From positions 1 to 62,750 of the forward strand of contig JBFMAY010000025.1 of the NCBI GenBank assembly GCA_040755455.1: DNA of 62,750 nt, written 5' to 3'. The notes under the pieces were generated by a model. The model saw only the letters and a list, made by a program, of their open reading frames with translations. It had not been told where the DNA came from and did not search any database. This stretch comes from Thermodesulfobacteriota bacterium (GTDB lineage: Bacteria; Desulfobacterota; Desulfobulbia; Desulfobulbales; SURF-16). The translations under genes and the position numbers were made by a program. Positions 9,401-18,293 of the stretch are shown here, in pieces. Numbering within the stretch: position 1 is the first letter of the stretch; every line of letters starts with the position of its first letter.

Positions 9401-11863
9401 ATGCTGACCCGTTTTTTGAAAAGAGTGAGCAAAGGTTTCAAAGGCCAGGAGGCCGCGGAGGCATCCCCGCCGGCCGATGCCACCGAGATGCTGTCCGAGC
9501 CGCCGCCCGCCAACCAGGTCAACCACCTGAATTGGCTGCCGGGCGAAGTGGTCGAGGACCGTTACCGCATCGATCGCATCTTCAGCGGCGCCATGGGCAA
9601 GGTCTATATTGCCGAGCATCTGACCTGGGGCATCTGGATGGCCATCAAGGCGCCCAAGCCGGAGGTGTGGGCGGACCGGGAAGGTTTGCAGCGCATCCTG
9701 CGGGAGGCCAACAGCTGGATCCGTCTGGGCCTGCACCCCAATATCGCCTCCTGCTATTACGTCAGGTCAATTGCCAGGATACCCCATATTTTCATTGAAT
9801 TTGTGGCCGGCGGGACGCTTGAGGAATGGATCAACAGGGGGCGATGCCAGGACATGCGCACCGCCCTGTCCATTGCCATCCAGTTTTGTAACGGCATGGA
9901 GTACACCCATTCCAAGGGGTTCATCCACCGAGACATCAAACCCCAGAATATCTTGCTCTCCAAGGACGGTCTGGTAAAGATTACCGATTTCGGCATTCTG
10001 CGTCTTATTGATGATAAAAGCAAGGATGTTGGCGCCCCGCCGAAAAAAGGGCAGGGCGACAACGACACCGTCGGTTTCCGCGGCACCCCCAACTATGCCT
10101 CCCCGGAACAGTTGCGCAATGCCCATCGGGTGGACAGGCGGACGGATATTTTTTCCTTCGGCCTCTGTCTGTGGATGATGTTCTGCGGCAAAAGGCCCTA
10201 TAAAAACAATACCCAGGGCAAGTGCCCCGAACCTGAGCCGGCAAAGCCGGAAATTGTCCTGCCTGAGCGGCTGAAGGATATTCTGAAAAAGTGCGTGGCC
10301 TTCCAGCCGGATGAGCGGTTTGACGATTTTACCGAACTGAAGGAGGCCTTGAACCAGGTTTATCTTGAACTTTTTCAGGTGGCCTGCCCGTATGCCATTG
10401 TGGGGAAAATCGATCTGCGCGCCGAAAACATGAATAACCGGGCGGTTTCCCTGGCTGAACTGGGAAAATACCAGGAGGCTGCCGGCTATCTTGCCCGCAC
10501 CCTTGAGATCAATGACTCGCTGACCGAAGCCCTCTACAATTCGTACATGCTGGATTGGTGCAAAAGCGCGGAAACCCCGGAGCGCCTGCTGCGCCGCATT
10601 GAGGCGAGCAAAAAAAGATTTCCCAAGCTCTCCATCTTTGACAGACTTGAAAAGGAGATCACCGATTATATTGACACCGAGGGTGAGGTGCAGAGAAGAG
10701 AGCGCAACAGGGAACCCCAGTTGCTTCTCTGCTTCCCCAAGGCACCCATGGAAATATTCCGTGATGCCCAGCTGCGCAGCTCGGTGCACAATAATATTCT
10801 CACTCTGCTGCAGAACAGGCGGCTCACCGAATGTTACGACACCCTGCTGGTCAGCTGGGGCAATGAACGGTTTAAGAAAGACAAGTTTTATTACAAGATC
10901 TACGAGCAGCTGCTGCCCGAAGGACGCAAGCGGACCTTGGCCGCTGTGCAGCGGATGATAGCCCATCCGGGCGCGGATGCCGGCCCTGTTTCCCTGCTGG
11001 CCAGTCTGCCGGCCCGCAAGCTCATCTTTTCCGCAACTCCCGGGACAAAGGTGCGAGTGCGGAGCGTGGGAGAGAAAAAGGCGAGTGTGCTTTTTACCGA
11101 GACGGCAACCGGCATTACCGCCCTGGCCGCCGGTCCGTCCTCCCTGGCCGTCGGCCAGGACAATGGCGGGGTCAGGTTCCGCTCTTTCAAAAGCGGGGAA
11201 CAGCAGGAGGTGGCATTGGGCAAAAGCGCCGTCCAGGCCCTGGCCTTCAGCCCCGACGGCAGGCAGCTGCTGGCTGGAATGGCGGACGGCAACATCATGC
11301 TGTACGAGACGGCAGACGGCAGGATGAAGAAAATTGCCCTTGCCGGAGGAGGGGTCCGCTGTCTTGCCTGGTTAAAGGATGGCCACTTTACCGCCGCCTG
11401 CGAGGACGGCTCTCTGCGGTTTTACGATGGCCGCACCGGGGAGTGCCGGCGGGAGATCGAGGCCCATGCCCTGCCGGTGGGCTCCCTGGCGGTGAGTGCT
11501 GATGGGACGAGAATTGCGACCGGCAGCGCCGACCGGCTGGTCAGGATCTGGGATTGCACGACCGGCCGCTGTGCGCTGACCATCGACGGCCATGAAGACG
11601 CGGTGACCGCGGTGTTATTTCTTGATGACGGGCAGACGGTGATTTCCGGCTGTGAAGATGACATCATCAGGCTGTGGAACTGGCAGTCCGGCAAGTGCAA
11701 CCAGATTCTTGACGCCCGGGGCGACGGGGTGTGCAGTCTGGCGGCGGGGCCGAAACCGCATACCTTTCTTTCCGGCCGCCAGGACGGTGCTGTCGTGCTG
11801 TGGAGCGTAATCTATCACCTGGAGTTTGATGACGGGCTGCCCTCGGCATTGCGCAGCTTATAA
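9401..11863 (+). CDS. Hanks-type Ser/Thr protein kinase with TPR-like segment and C-terminal WD40 repeats
   Basis: GAMGKVY, AIK, HRDIKPQN, DFG, GTPNYASPEQ; NNRAVSLAELGKYQEA TPR-like; GH…WD/WN repeats; no transmembrane segment apparent. Confidence 0.92.
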   Translation: MLTRFLKRVSKGFKGQEAAEASPPADATEMLSEPPPANQVNHLNWLPGEVVEDRYRIDRIFSGAMGKVYIAEHLTWGIWMAIKAPKPEVWADREGLQRILREANSWIRLGLHPNIASCYYVRSIARIPHIFIEFVAGGTLEEWINRGRCQDMRTALSIAIQFCNGMEYTHSKGFIHRDIKPQNILLSKDGLVKITDFGILRLIDDKSKDVGAPPKKGQGDNDTVGFRGTPNYASPEQLRNAHRVDRRTDIFSFGLCLWMMFCGKRPYKNNTQGKCPEPEPAKPEIVLPERLKDILKKCVAFQPDERFDDFTELKEALNQVYLELFQVACPYAIVGKIDLRAENMNNRAVSLAELGKYQEAAGYLARTLEINDSLTEALYNSYMLDWCKSAETPERLLRRIEASKKRFPKLSIFDRLEKEITDYIDTEGEVQRRERNREPQLLLCFPKAPMEIFRDAQLRSSVHNNILTLLQNRRLTECYDTLLVSWGNERFKKDKFYYKIYEQLLPEGRKRTLAAVQRMIAHPGADAGPVSLLASLPARKLIFSATPGTKVRVRSVGEKKASVLFTETATGITALAAGPSSLAVGQDNGGVRFRSFKSGEQQEVALGKSAVQALAFSPDGRQLLAGMADGNIMLYETADGRMKKIALAGGGVRCLAWLKDGHFTAACEDGSLRFYDGRTGECRREIEAHALPVGSLAVSADGTRIATGSADRLVRIWDCTTGRCALTIDGHEDAVTAVLFLDDGQTVISGCEDDIIRLWNWQSGKCNQILDARGDGVCSLAAGPKPHTFLSGRQDGAVVLWSVIYHLEFDDGLPSALRSL

Positions 11864-11889
11864 TGCCAAGTTGCATTCAGACCAAGACC

Positions 11890-12005
11890 GCGAACACCCC
11901 ACAGGGGGGTACAAGGGCAAGCGAGCAGTGACGAGACAGTACATGGAGTACGGCGAGGAGCCACACAGCGCAGCCGATTCTGTCCAATCCTCCCTGGAGG
12001 GGGAC
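11890..12005. repeat. possible short non-autonomous (MITE/REP-like) element
   Basis: Imperfect inverted ends (CCCCACAGGGGGG / CCTCCCTGGAGGGG) around an internal GTAC-N5-GTAC; single copy in the window. Confidence 0.25.
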
Positions 12006-12120
12006 AAAGGTATTGTTTTGAAGGCGATTTGGAATGAGATGTGGAAAATTTTACTCCGTAAGGACCCGGACTGTGGATATCTGGCAACCTGTGTCCATCT
12101 GCCCTTACCATGGAGGCGGC

Positions 12121-12882
12121 ATGCTGCAGTTTCTTAAAAAATTCTTTGGCGCTCCGCAGAGTAGCCTTGCCTGTTTCGGCCGCACGGATACCGGCATGGT
12201 GCGGAAAAATAATGAGGATAATTTCGCCATTCTGGTTGAGCGCAACCTTTTTGTGGTTGCCGACGGGATGGGAGGCCACCAGGCGGGAGAAATCGCCAGC
12301 CGGGTGGCAACGGAGTATCTCATCAACTTTTTTCCCGCGGAGAAGATCCGGGAAATTCAGGGCAATCCCGCGGCCATTCAGCATGGACTCATCGCCAGCT
12401 TTTATAAAACCAATGACAAGGTGATGGGCATGGCGGCGGAAAACCCAGATCTGCGCGGCATGGGCTGCACCCTGGTGGCCTGCCTGATCGATGCCGGGGC
12501 CGCCTATCTCTGCCATGTCGGCGATGTCCGCGCCTATCTTGACGATGGCTACATCTTAAAGCAGCTCACCACCGACCATTCCCTGGTGGCGGACCAGACG
12601 GTGGGCCTGACGGATGGGGGAAAAGGCGTGGGCCGCAATATCATCACCCGGGGAATAGGTTTTCCTTTTGCGGAAGACCCGGAGTTTCACCGGGTGCCTC
12701 TTGCCGCGGGCAATAAAATTCTTCTCTGCTCGGATGGCCTGTGGGGCATGCTGAGTGATGAGGAAATGCAGCAGATACTTGCCAGCGCCGGCTCCCCCGA
12801 GGAGGCCTGCGACAATCTCGTCCGGCAGGCCAATGCGGCCGGCGGTAAGGATAATATTACGGCCGTTGTGGTATTCTGCTAA
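12121..12882 (+). CDS. PP2C/PPM-family Ser/Thr phosphatase (Stp1-like)
   Basis: RKNNED, VADGMGGHQAGE, MGCT, HVGD, TDHS, LCSDGL, GGKDNIT; GGAGG RBS before ATG 12121. Confidence 0.93.
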   Translation: MLQFLKKFFGAPQSSLACFGRTDTGMVRKNNEDNFAILVERNLFVVADGMGGHQAGEIASRVATEYLINFFPAEKIREIQGNPAAIQHGLIASFYKTNDKVMGMAAENPDLRGMGCTLVACLIDAGAAYLCHVGDVRAYLDDGYILKQLTTDHSLVADQTVGLTDGGKGVGRNIITRGIGFPFAEDPEFHRVPLAAGNKILLCSDGLWGMLSDEEMQQILASAGSPEEACDNLVRQANAAGGKDNITAVVVFC

Positions 12883-14054
12883 TGCAGATGAATGGTCACC
12901 TTCTCGCCGGCGCGGATCAGGCGACGGTGGGCCGGAATGACAATGGTGGCGGTGGCCGGTTCCGTCAAGCCGGCCGGCCGCACGGTGAAAAGACCTGAGC
13001 GCACGGCGGTGATGCCGTTTTTCAGCTTCAGCACCCCTTTTTTTCTGATGACAATGTCCTCTTCCAGTATGGCCCGCACTTGCTCGGGTGCCCCCCGTTT
13101 GCCCAGCAGGGCGAAAATCGCCGGACGCACAAGCTCGTTGAACAGGATATACACCGCGGGCGGCGGCCCGGGCAGACTGAAAAACAGGGTCTGGTCCCGG
13201 ACGCCGAAAATGGTGGCGCGGCCAGGTCTTACCTGCAGGGCACGGTAAAGGATTTTCACCCCTGTCTTCTCCAGCGCCTCCCCCATCAGATCATATTTGC
13301 CCGGCCCCATGCCGCCGGTGGTGATGGTAATGTGGGGTTGTCCTGCCTCAGCTAATTTCCTGGCGATGTGATCCGTGTCATCAACCACGGCCCCCAAATC
13401 CCGGGGAATCCCGCCCGCCTGTCTGATCAGGCCATCAAGCAGGGCGCGGTTGCCGCTGATGATCTGGCCGGGCAGGGGGCTCTGCTCGACGAGTTCGCTG
13501 CCGGTGCAGAGAAAGGAAACTTGCGGTCTGGCAAATACCCGGACCAAGGGCATACCCGAGGTGGCCAGCAGATGCAGATGGAAGGGGGTAATCGTTTCGC
13601 CTTTGCGGATAATGAGCTGGCCCTTGTGCAGATCCGTCCCAACCTGCCTGATGTACCTGCCCTTTGAGCCGAATTTGGAGATGACGACCCGGCCGAGGGC
13701 TTCCCGGCACCATTCAAAGGGAATAACCCGGTCAGCCCCGGCCGGCACGGAACCACCGGTCATGATGCGGACCGCTTCCCCCTCTGCCACGGCGTCGATT
13801 GTCGTGCAGCCTGCCGCGATTTCACCGACTATGGGCAGTTCCAGGGGCGGTTTGACTCCAGCCAGGCTTTTGCCGTTGACCGCGTAGCCATCCATGGTGG
13901 CCTGGCGGAAGTGCGGGACCGCTATGGTGGTCAGCAGGTTGCGGGAAGGCCTTCTGTGCAAGGAATCCTGCAGCGGGACGTATTCGTCGCCGACCTGGAC
14001 GATATGGGCGGTAATGAGTTTTCTGGCATTTTCCAGGGAAAGGGATTCAGCCAC
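12879..14054 (-). CDS. moeA: molybdopterin molybdotransferase
   Basis: ATMDGYAV, RIMTGG, TGSEL, TTGGMGPGKYD, RPG, LPGPP. Confidence 0.9.
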   Translation of the reverse strand: MAESLSLENARKLITAHIVQVGDEYVPLQDSLHRRPSRNLLTTIAVPHFRQATMDGYAVNGKSLAGVKPPLELPIVGEIAAGCTTIDAVAEGEAVRIMTGGSVPAGADRVIPFEWCREALGRVVISKFGSKGRYIRQVGTDLHKGQLIIRKGETITPFHLHLLATSGMPLVRVFARPQVSFLCTGSELVEQSPLPGQIISGNRALLDGLIRQAGGIPRDLGAVVDDTDHIARKLAEAGQPHITITTGGMGPGKYDLMGEALEKTGVKILYRALQVRPGRATIFGVRDQTLFFSLPGPPPAVYILFNELVRPAIFALLGKRGAPEQVRAILEEDIVIRKKGVLKLKNGITAVRSGLFTVRPAGLTEPATATIVIPAHRRLIRAGEKVTIHLH

Positions 14055-14664
14055 GGTCGTGCTTTTTTTCGAGGAGAAGCTGCAGATCTCCCACGCGGTT
14101 GATGTTGTGAAAGGGCAGGAGGTCGCCGGTGATGGCCAGCACCTCCTGCTGGCTTACTTTGCGCAGGTTCAGCTGTTCCAGGGCCAGGCGGATTTTCCCC
14201 TGTTTTTCTTCCAGCTGCCTGTCAATCACCGCGAGACAGTTTTTGCGGTAAACGGCATGGAGCGGTTCGGGTCCGGTGTCAAGCCATGGCAGGGCAACGT
14301 CCCAGTCGCCGCGAAGAGTGCACAGATAGGCAATCAGCCGGCTGTCAATGTTTGGCATGTCGCAGCCGGCAACAAAGGCCTGGGGTGTTGTCATATGGCG
14401 CAGGGCGGCATGGATGCCGGCCAGCGGCCCGCAGTCGGCATGGATGTCGCCGATCATCCGCCAGCCGAGAAAGCGGTAGGTGTCCGGCGCATTGGTCACC
14501 AGCAGATGCCGGGGGAAGAGCTTTTCCAGGGCCGTTGCCACATGCTGGATGATGGGGGTGCCGTGCAGCAGGGCCAGGGCCTTGTTGCTGCCGAACCTTG
14601 AGCTGGCGCCGCCGGCCAGAATAACGCCGGTGGTTTCCGTGTTTACGGTTGTCCCGGCCGGCAT
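14047..14664 (-). CDS. mobA: molybdenum cofactor guanylyltransferase
   Basis: ILAGGASSRFGSNKA, GPLAGI, CDMP, EPLHAVY, NIN. Confidence 0.92.
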   Translation of the reverse strand: MPAGTTVNTETTGVILAGGASSRFGSNKALALLHGTPIIQHVATALEKLFPRHLLVTNAPDTYRFLGWRMIGDIHADCGPLAGIHAALRHMTTPQAFVAGCDMPNIDSRLIAYLCTLRGDWDVALPWLDTGPEPLHAVYRKNCLAVIDRQLEEKQGKIRLALEQLNLRKVSQQEVLAITGDLLPFHNINRVGDLQLLLEKKHDRG

Positions 14665-14665
14665 A

Positions 14666-15010
14666 TCAGCCCGGCGGCCAGGTCATTTTGCGGCCGCCCA
14701 GCACATGCATGTGGATGTGGAACACGGTCTGGCCTGCATCGGCGCCGTTGTTAAACACCACCCGGAAGCCATCGCCGATGCCGTTTTCCTTTGCCAGTCT
14801 GGCCCCGGTCCGTAAGACTTTGCCGATGAGCTGCTCGTCTTCACCGCCCATGGCCCCGGGGCCGGCAATATGTTTTCTGGGGATGACGAGAAAATGCTTC
14901 GGCGCCTGGGGGGCGATGTCCCAGAAGGCCACGACGTCATCGTCCTCATAGAGTTTGTTGGCCGGGATGTCGCCGTTGATAATTTTGCAGAACAGGCAGT
15001 TTGGGTCCAT
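14666..15010 (-). CDS. histidine triad nucleotide-binding protein (HinT-like)
   Basis: CLFCKI, DIAPQAP, QTVFHIHMHVLGGR, WPPG. Confidence 0.93.
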   Translation of the reverse strand: MDPNCLFCKIINGDIPANKLYEDDDVVAFWDIAPQAPKHFLVIPRKHIAGPGAMGGEDEQLIGKVLRTGARLAKENGIGDGFRVVFNNGADAGQTVFHIHMHVLGGRKMTWPPG

Positions 15011-15047
15011 ATGAAACTCCTCGGTTGGGGGGCAGAGGGATATTTAC

Positions 15048-15095
15048 GAGCCGTTACGAAATACTTGTTCAATTCTAGCCGTTTCTTTACGGCTC
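15048..15095. repeat. REP-like palindrome, copy 1
   Basis: GAGCCGTTACGAAATAC…GTTTCTTTACGGCTC inverted arms; arms resemble those at 18030-18215. Confidence 0.55.
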
Positions 15096-15388
15096 CTTAC
15101 GCCGTTTTGGTTATCAGCATGACCATGTTATTTTTTTACAACGGCGTAGCATGCAACCGGCTAAAATGTACTGAAGCATGGTGCCGATGTCAATACCTCA
15201 TCATGTTTTGTCCCCGGCAACTGGAAAAGCAGGCAGCCCTGCTTTGTTTTACAAGAAGCCGTTGCAAAAAAGGTAACATCCCGATACGGTGACCGGCGTC
15301 AGGGGCTGCAGCGAATAGTTGGAATGGTTATTTCGGCGCGGGCCTTAAGTTGTTTGCCTAATATTCCCCTTTGCGGTATTTTCCCGGC

Positions 15389-16714
15389 ATGCAGCCAGAA
15401 ATTGTCATCATCAATGCAAAACTTTTTGCCCCCGACACGCCTGCCGGGTGGGTGGCGGACGGGTTTGTCGCCATCGGCGCCGGCCGCATCACGGCGCTTG
15501 GTTCTATGGCCAGTTATGTGCCGTCCCAGTCTGCCCGCCTGATCGATGCCCAGGGTTCGCTGGTCATGCCCGGCCTGGTCAACGGCCATAATCATGCGGC
15601 CATGACCCTTTTCCGCGGCCTGGCAGATGATCTGCCCCTCATGGCCTGGCTTGAGCAGCATATTTTTCCGGCTGAGGCCCGTTTCGTCACCCCGGCGATG
15701 GTTTATTGGTGCAGCAAGCTTGCCGCGGCCGAGATGATCATGTCCGGCACCACCACCGTGGCCGATGCCTATTTTTATGAGGCCGAGGCGGCCAGGGCCT
15801 TTGTCGAGGCGGGCATACGCGCGGTTGCCGCCCAGGGCGTCATTGATTTCCCGGCGCCCGGCGTGCCCGACCCCGCGGAAAATGTGGCGGCGGCGGCCCG
15901 TTTCATTGAGCAATGGCAGGGTCATGAACTGCTTACACCGGCGGTTTTCGCCCATTCGCCCTACACCTGCTCAAGCAGCACCCTGGTGCGGGCCAAGGAG
16001 CTCGCCCGGGCCAAGAATGTCCCCTTTTTTATCCATCTTGCCGAAACAGGGGCGGAGCGCGCGCTGCTCTCTGAAAAATGGCAGGGTTCCCCCGCCGCCT
16101 ATCTGCATTCCCTTGACCTGCTTGACCGGCAGACCGTCTGTATCCATGCGGTCTGGCTTGACCGGCACGACATCTCGCTGTTTGCGACAAGCGGGGCCGC
16201 TGTGGTTACCTGCCCGCAGAGCAACATGAAACTGGCCTCGGGCATCGCGCCGGTTGCCGAGCTGCTCTCCGCCGGGGTGCCGGTCGGCCTGGGGACCGAT
16301 GGCTGCGCCAGCAATAACGATCTTGATCTCTTCAGTGAAATGGACACCTGCGCCAAACTGCACAAGGTGCGTGCGTTGGACCCGGCCGCGGTCAAGGCCA
16401 GGGAGGTGTTGCGCATGGCCACCGCCCATGGCGCCCGTCTGCTGGGATTTGCCGATGGCGGCACGCTGGCCGTGGGCCGGCCGGCCGATGTCATCCTGTT
16501 TGATCTGGACCAGCCCCACCTCACCCCGTTTTATTCAGTGGATAATCTTGTTTATGCCGCAGGTGGCGCGGATGTGAAAAGCGTCATCATCAATGGCCGG
16601 CTCGTCATGGCCGACAGGAAGATATTGACTTTTGACGTGGCGGAGGCAATGGCGATGGTGGCCGGGATGGCCGCCGGGATCAGCCAGCTGCGGCAAGCTT
16701 GCGGCCCGTCGTGA
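15389..16714 (+). CDS. mtaD: amidohydrolase, 5'-methylthioadenosine/S-adenosylhomocysteine deaminase-like
   Basis: NGHNHAAMTLFRG, HSPYT, HLAET, SNMKLASG, GTDGCASNNDLD. Confidence 0.8.
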   Translation: MQPEIVIINAKLFAPDTPAGWVADGFVAIGAGRITALGSMASYVPSQSARLIDAQGSLVMPGLVNGHNHAAMTLFRGLADDLPLMAWLEQHIFPAEARFVTPAMVYWCSKLAAAEMIMSGTTTVADAYFYEAEAARAFVEAGIRAVAAQGVIDFPAPGVPDPAENVAAAARFIEQWQGHELLTPAVFAHSPYTCSSSTLVRAKELARAKNVPFFIHLAETGAERALLSEKWQGSPAAYLHSLDLLDRQTVCIHAVWLDRHDISLFATSGAAVVTCPQSNMKLASGIAPVAELLSAGVPVGLGTDGCASNNDLDLFSEMDTCAKLHKVRALDPAAVKAREVLRMATAHGARLLGFADGGTLAVGRPADVILFDLDQPHLTPFYSVDNLVYAAGGADVKSVIINGRLVMADRKILTFDVAEAMAMVAGMAAGISQLRQACGPS

Positions 16715-16731
16715 CCACAAAGGGCAAGGGG

Positions 16732-17379
16732 TTACGCGGCCCAGCCCGCGCTGCCGATCAGGCTGACGAAACGGACCTTTTCTATGCATTTTTCGGTGAT
16801 GACCCCGTCTGTTTTGGTGACCGCGAGCAGATCCTGGCTGGAGCGGTCGCCAACCGGGATCACCAGCCGGCCCGGATCAGCCAGCTGTTCCAGGAGAGGG
16901 GCGGGGATCTGCGGCCCGGCGGCGGTGACGATGATGGCATCAAAAGGGCCGTGTTCCGGCCATCCCAGGGTGCCGTCATCGATTTTGCAGACAATGTTGA
17001 GCAGTTTCAGCCGGTCAAAGATGCGGCGGGCCTTGATGTGCAGGTTTTTGATCCTCTCCACCGTATAGACCCGCTCGCAGAGGCTGGCCAGAATGGCACT
17101 CTGATAACCGCAGCCGGTGCCGATCTCAAGGACCTTTTCGCCGCCCTGCAGCCCCAGTGCCTGGGTCATGAGGGCGACGATATACGGCTGGGAAATGGTC
17201 TGTCCCTCACCGATGGGCAGCGGAAAATCGCCATATGCCTGGCTCTGCAGGGCATCCTCGACAAAGGCATGCCTGGGGACCGTGCCCATGGCGTGCAGAA
17301 CGCGCGGGTCCGTGATGTCCCTGGGCATGAGCTGCTCCCGCACCATTCTGGCCCTGGCCAGTTCGTAGTTACTCGACAT
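16732..17379 (-). CDS. pcm: protein-L-isoaspartate O-methyltransferase
   Basis: VPRHAFV, GQTISQP, VLEIGTGCGYQ, PFDAIIVTA, VRFVSL. Confidence 0.95.
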   Translation of the reverse strand: MSSNYELARARMVREQLMPRDITDPRVLHAMGTVPRHAFVEDALQSQAYGDFPLPIGEGQTISQPYIVALMTQALGLQGGEKVLEIGTGCGYQSAILASLCERVYTVERIKNLHIKARRIFDRLKLLNIVCKIDDGTLGWPEHGPFDAIIVTAAGPQIPAPLLEQLADPGRLVIPVGDRSSQDLLAVTKTDGVITEKCIEKVRFVSLIGSAGWAA

Positions 17380-17761
17380 CAGGCTCAATATTCTGCCGGG
17401 CAATCCCGGATTTTTTGAACTCGTCAGCGGTGAGCGACCGGTATGCGCAGGCGATAACCCGGTCCCCCTCAAAGCGGACGGTCACCACATCAACATCTTC
17501 CGTTCCTAATCTATCGCCGATAAAGGGGGTCTTGCGCAGCAGGCTTTTGTTCACCTGATAATAGATCCACATTTCTCCGTACTGGTCAACCTGCTGGTCA
17601 TCGGGCGGGCCCATGTAGCGCATGACCTCCTGCCGGGTGGTGCCTTGACTCATCAGGCAGACATCGGACGACAGATGGCGGACCGGCCCTTTGAAAAAAC
17701 AGCCGGACAGGAAAAACAGGCAGAAGATGAGCAGCGATGCTGAAAGGATTCTCTGTATCAT
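17369..17761 (-). CDS. BamE/SmpA-OmlA-like outer-membrane lipoprotein
   Basis: Lipobox LSGC; GTTRQEVMRYMGPP…WIYY pattern. Confidence 0.65.
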   Translation of the reverse strand: MIQRILSASLLIFCLFFLSGCFFKGPVRHLSSDVCLMSQGTTRQEVMRYMGPPDDQQVDQYGEMWIYYQVNKSLLRKTPFIGDRLGTEDVDVVTVRFEGDRVIACAYRSLTADEFKKSGIARQNIEPDVE

Positions 17762-18029
17762 TTTGTTTGCGTGGTAAAAGTTTTATAAGGAGTGCATGAT
17801 TCTCTATAAATATCCTGAAGGGGTGATTTTTGCAAGATTTCAAAGCACGGTGCATGGTTAATCATGGGGAACCCTGAAAAAAAATGGAGGCGTCTTACCG
17901 GGAATGTCTTGACCTTAAGGAGAGGATTATAATAATTTATTATATATTTTGGAAAAAAATCATCTGTTTTCACTGGTAAGCCGGTGGAAATAAATAACAT
18001 GGCCATCTGAATGGCCAGAACGGCACAAA

Positions 18030-18215
18030 AGGAGCCGTAACGAAATAGTTATAAAGAGACAAGTTATTTGGTAACGAGTCTGTAGAAAAAGGTAAAAATG
18101 GCATAAAAGCTCAAATTCGCTATTTTGCAACCACTTGATATTATTGAAACTGCTAAAGTTTGTTTTCGCTATTTTCAGCCTCGAAAAGGGTTTTTCTACA
18201 GCCTCAACGGCTCCT
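18030..18215. repeat. REP-like palindrome, copy 2, interrupted by a MITE
   Basis: Left arm AGGAGCCGTAACGAAATAGTT; removing 18076-18208 rejoins the right arm AAGTTATTTGGTAACGGCTCCT. Confidence 0.6.
18076..18205. mobile_element. 130-bp MITE
   Basis: 15-bp terminal inverted repeats GAGTCTGTAGAAAAA / TTTTTCTACAGCCTC (14/15), flanked by AAC direct repeats; internal IHF-like site; no ORF. Confidence 0.65.
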
Positions 18216-18293
18216 AAGCTGTGCACCGCCCTGAGGATTGGGGATTTGGACAAGGAAAATCTGTTCATATAAATTTTATGAGGGACAATTGTA

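Noticed and set aside
7417..12882. Type VI secretion PpkA/PppA/Fha regulatory module
   Set aside because: No tss structural genes in the window, and the kinase has WD40 repeats rather than a membrane-periplasmic sensor.
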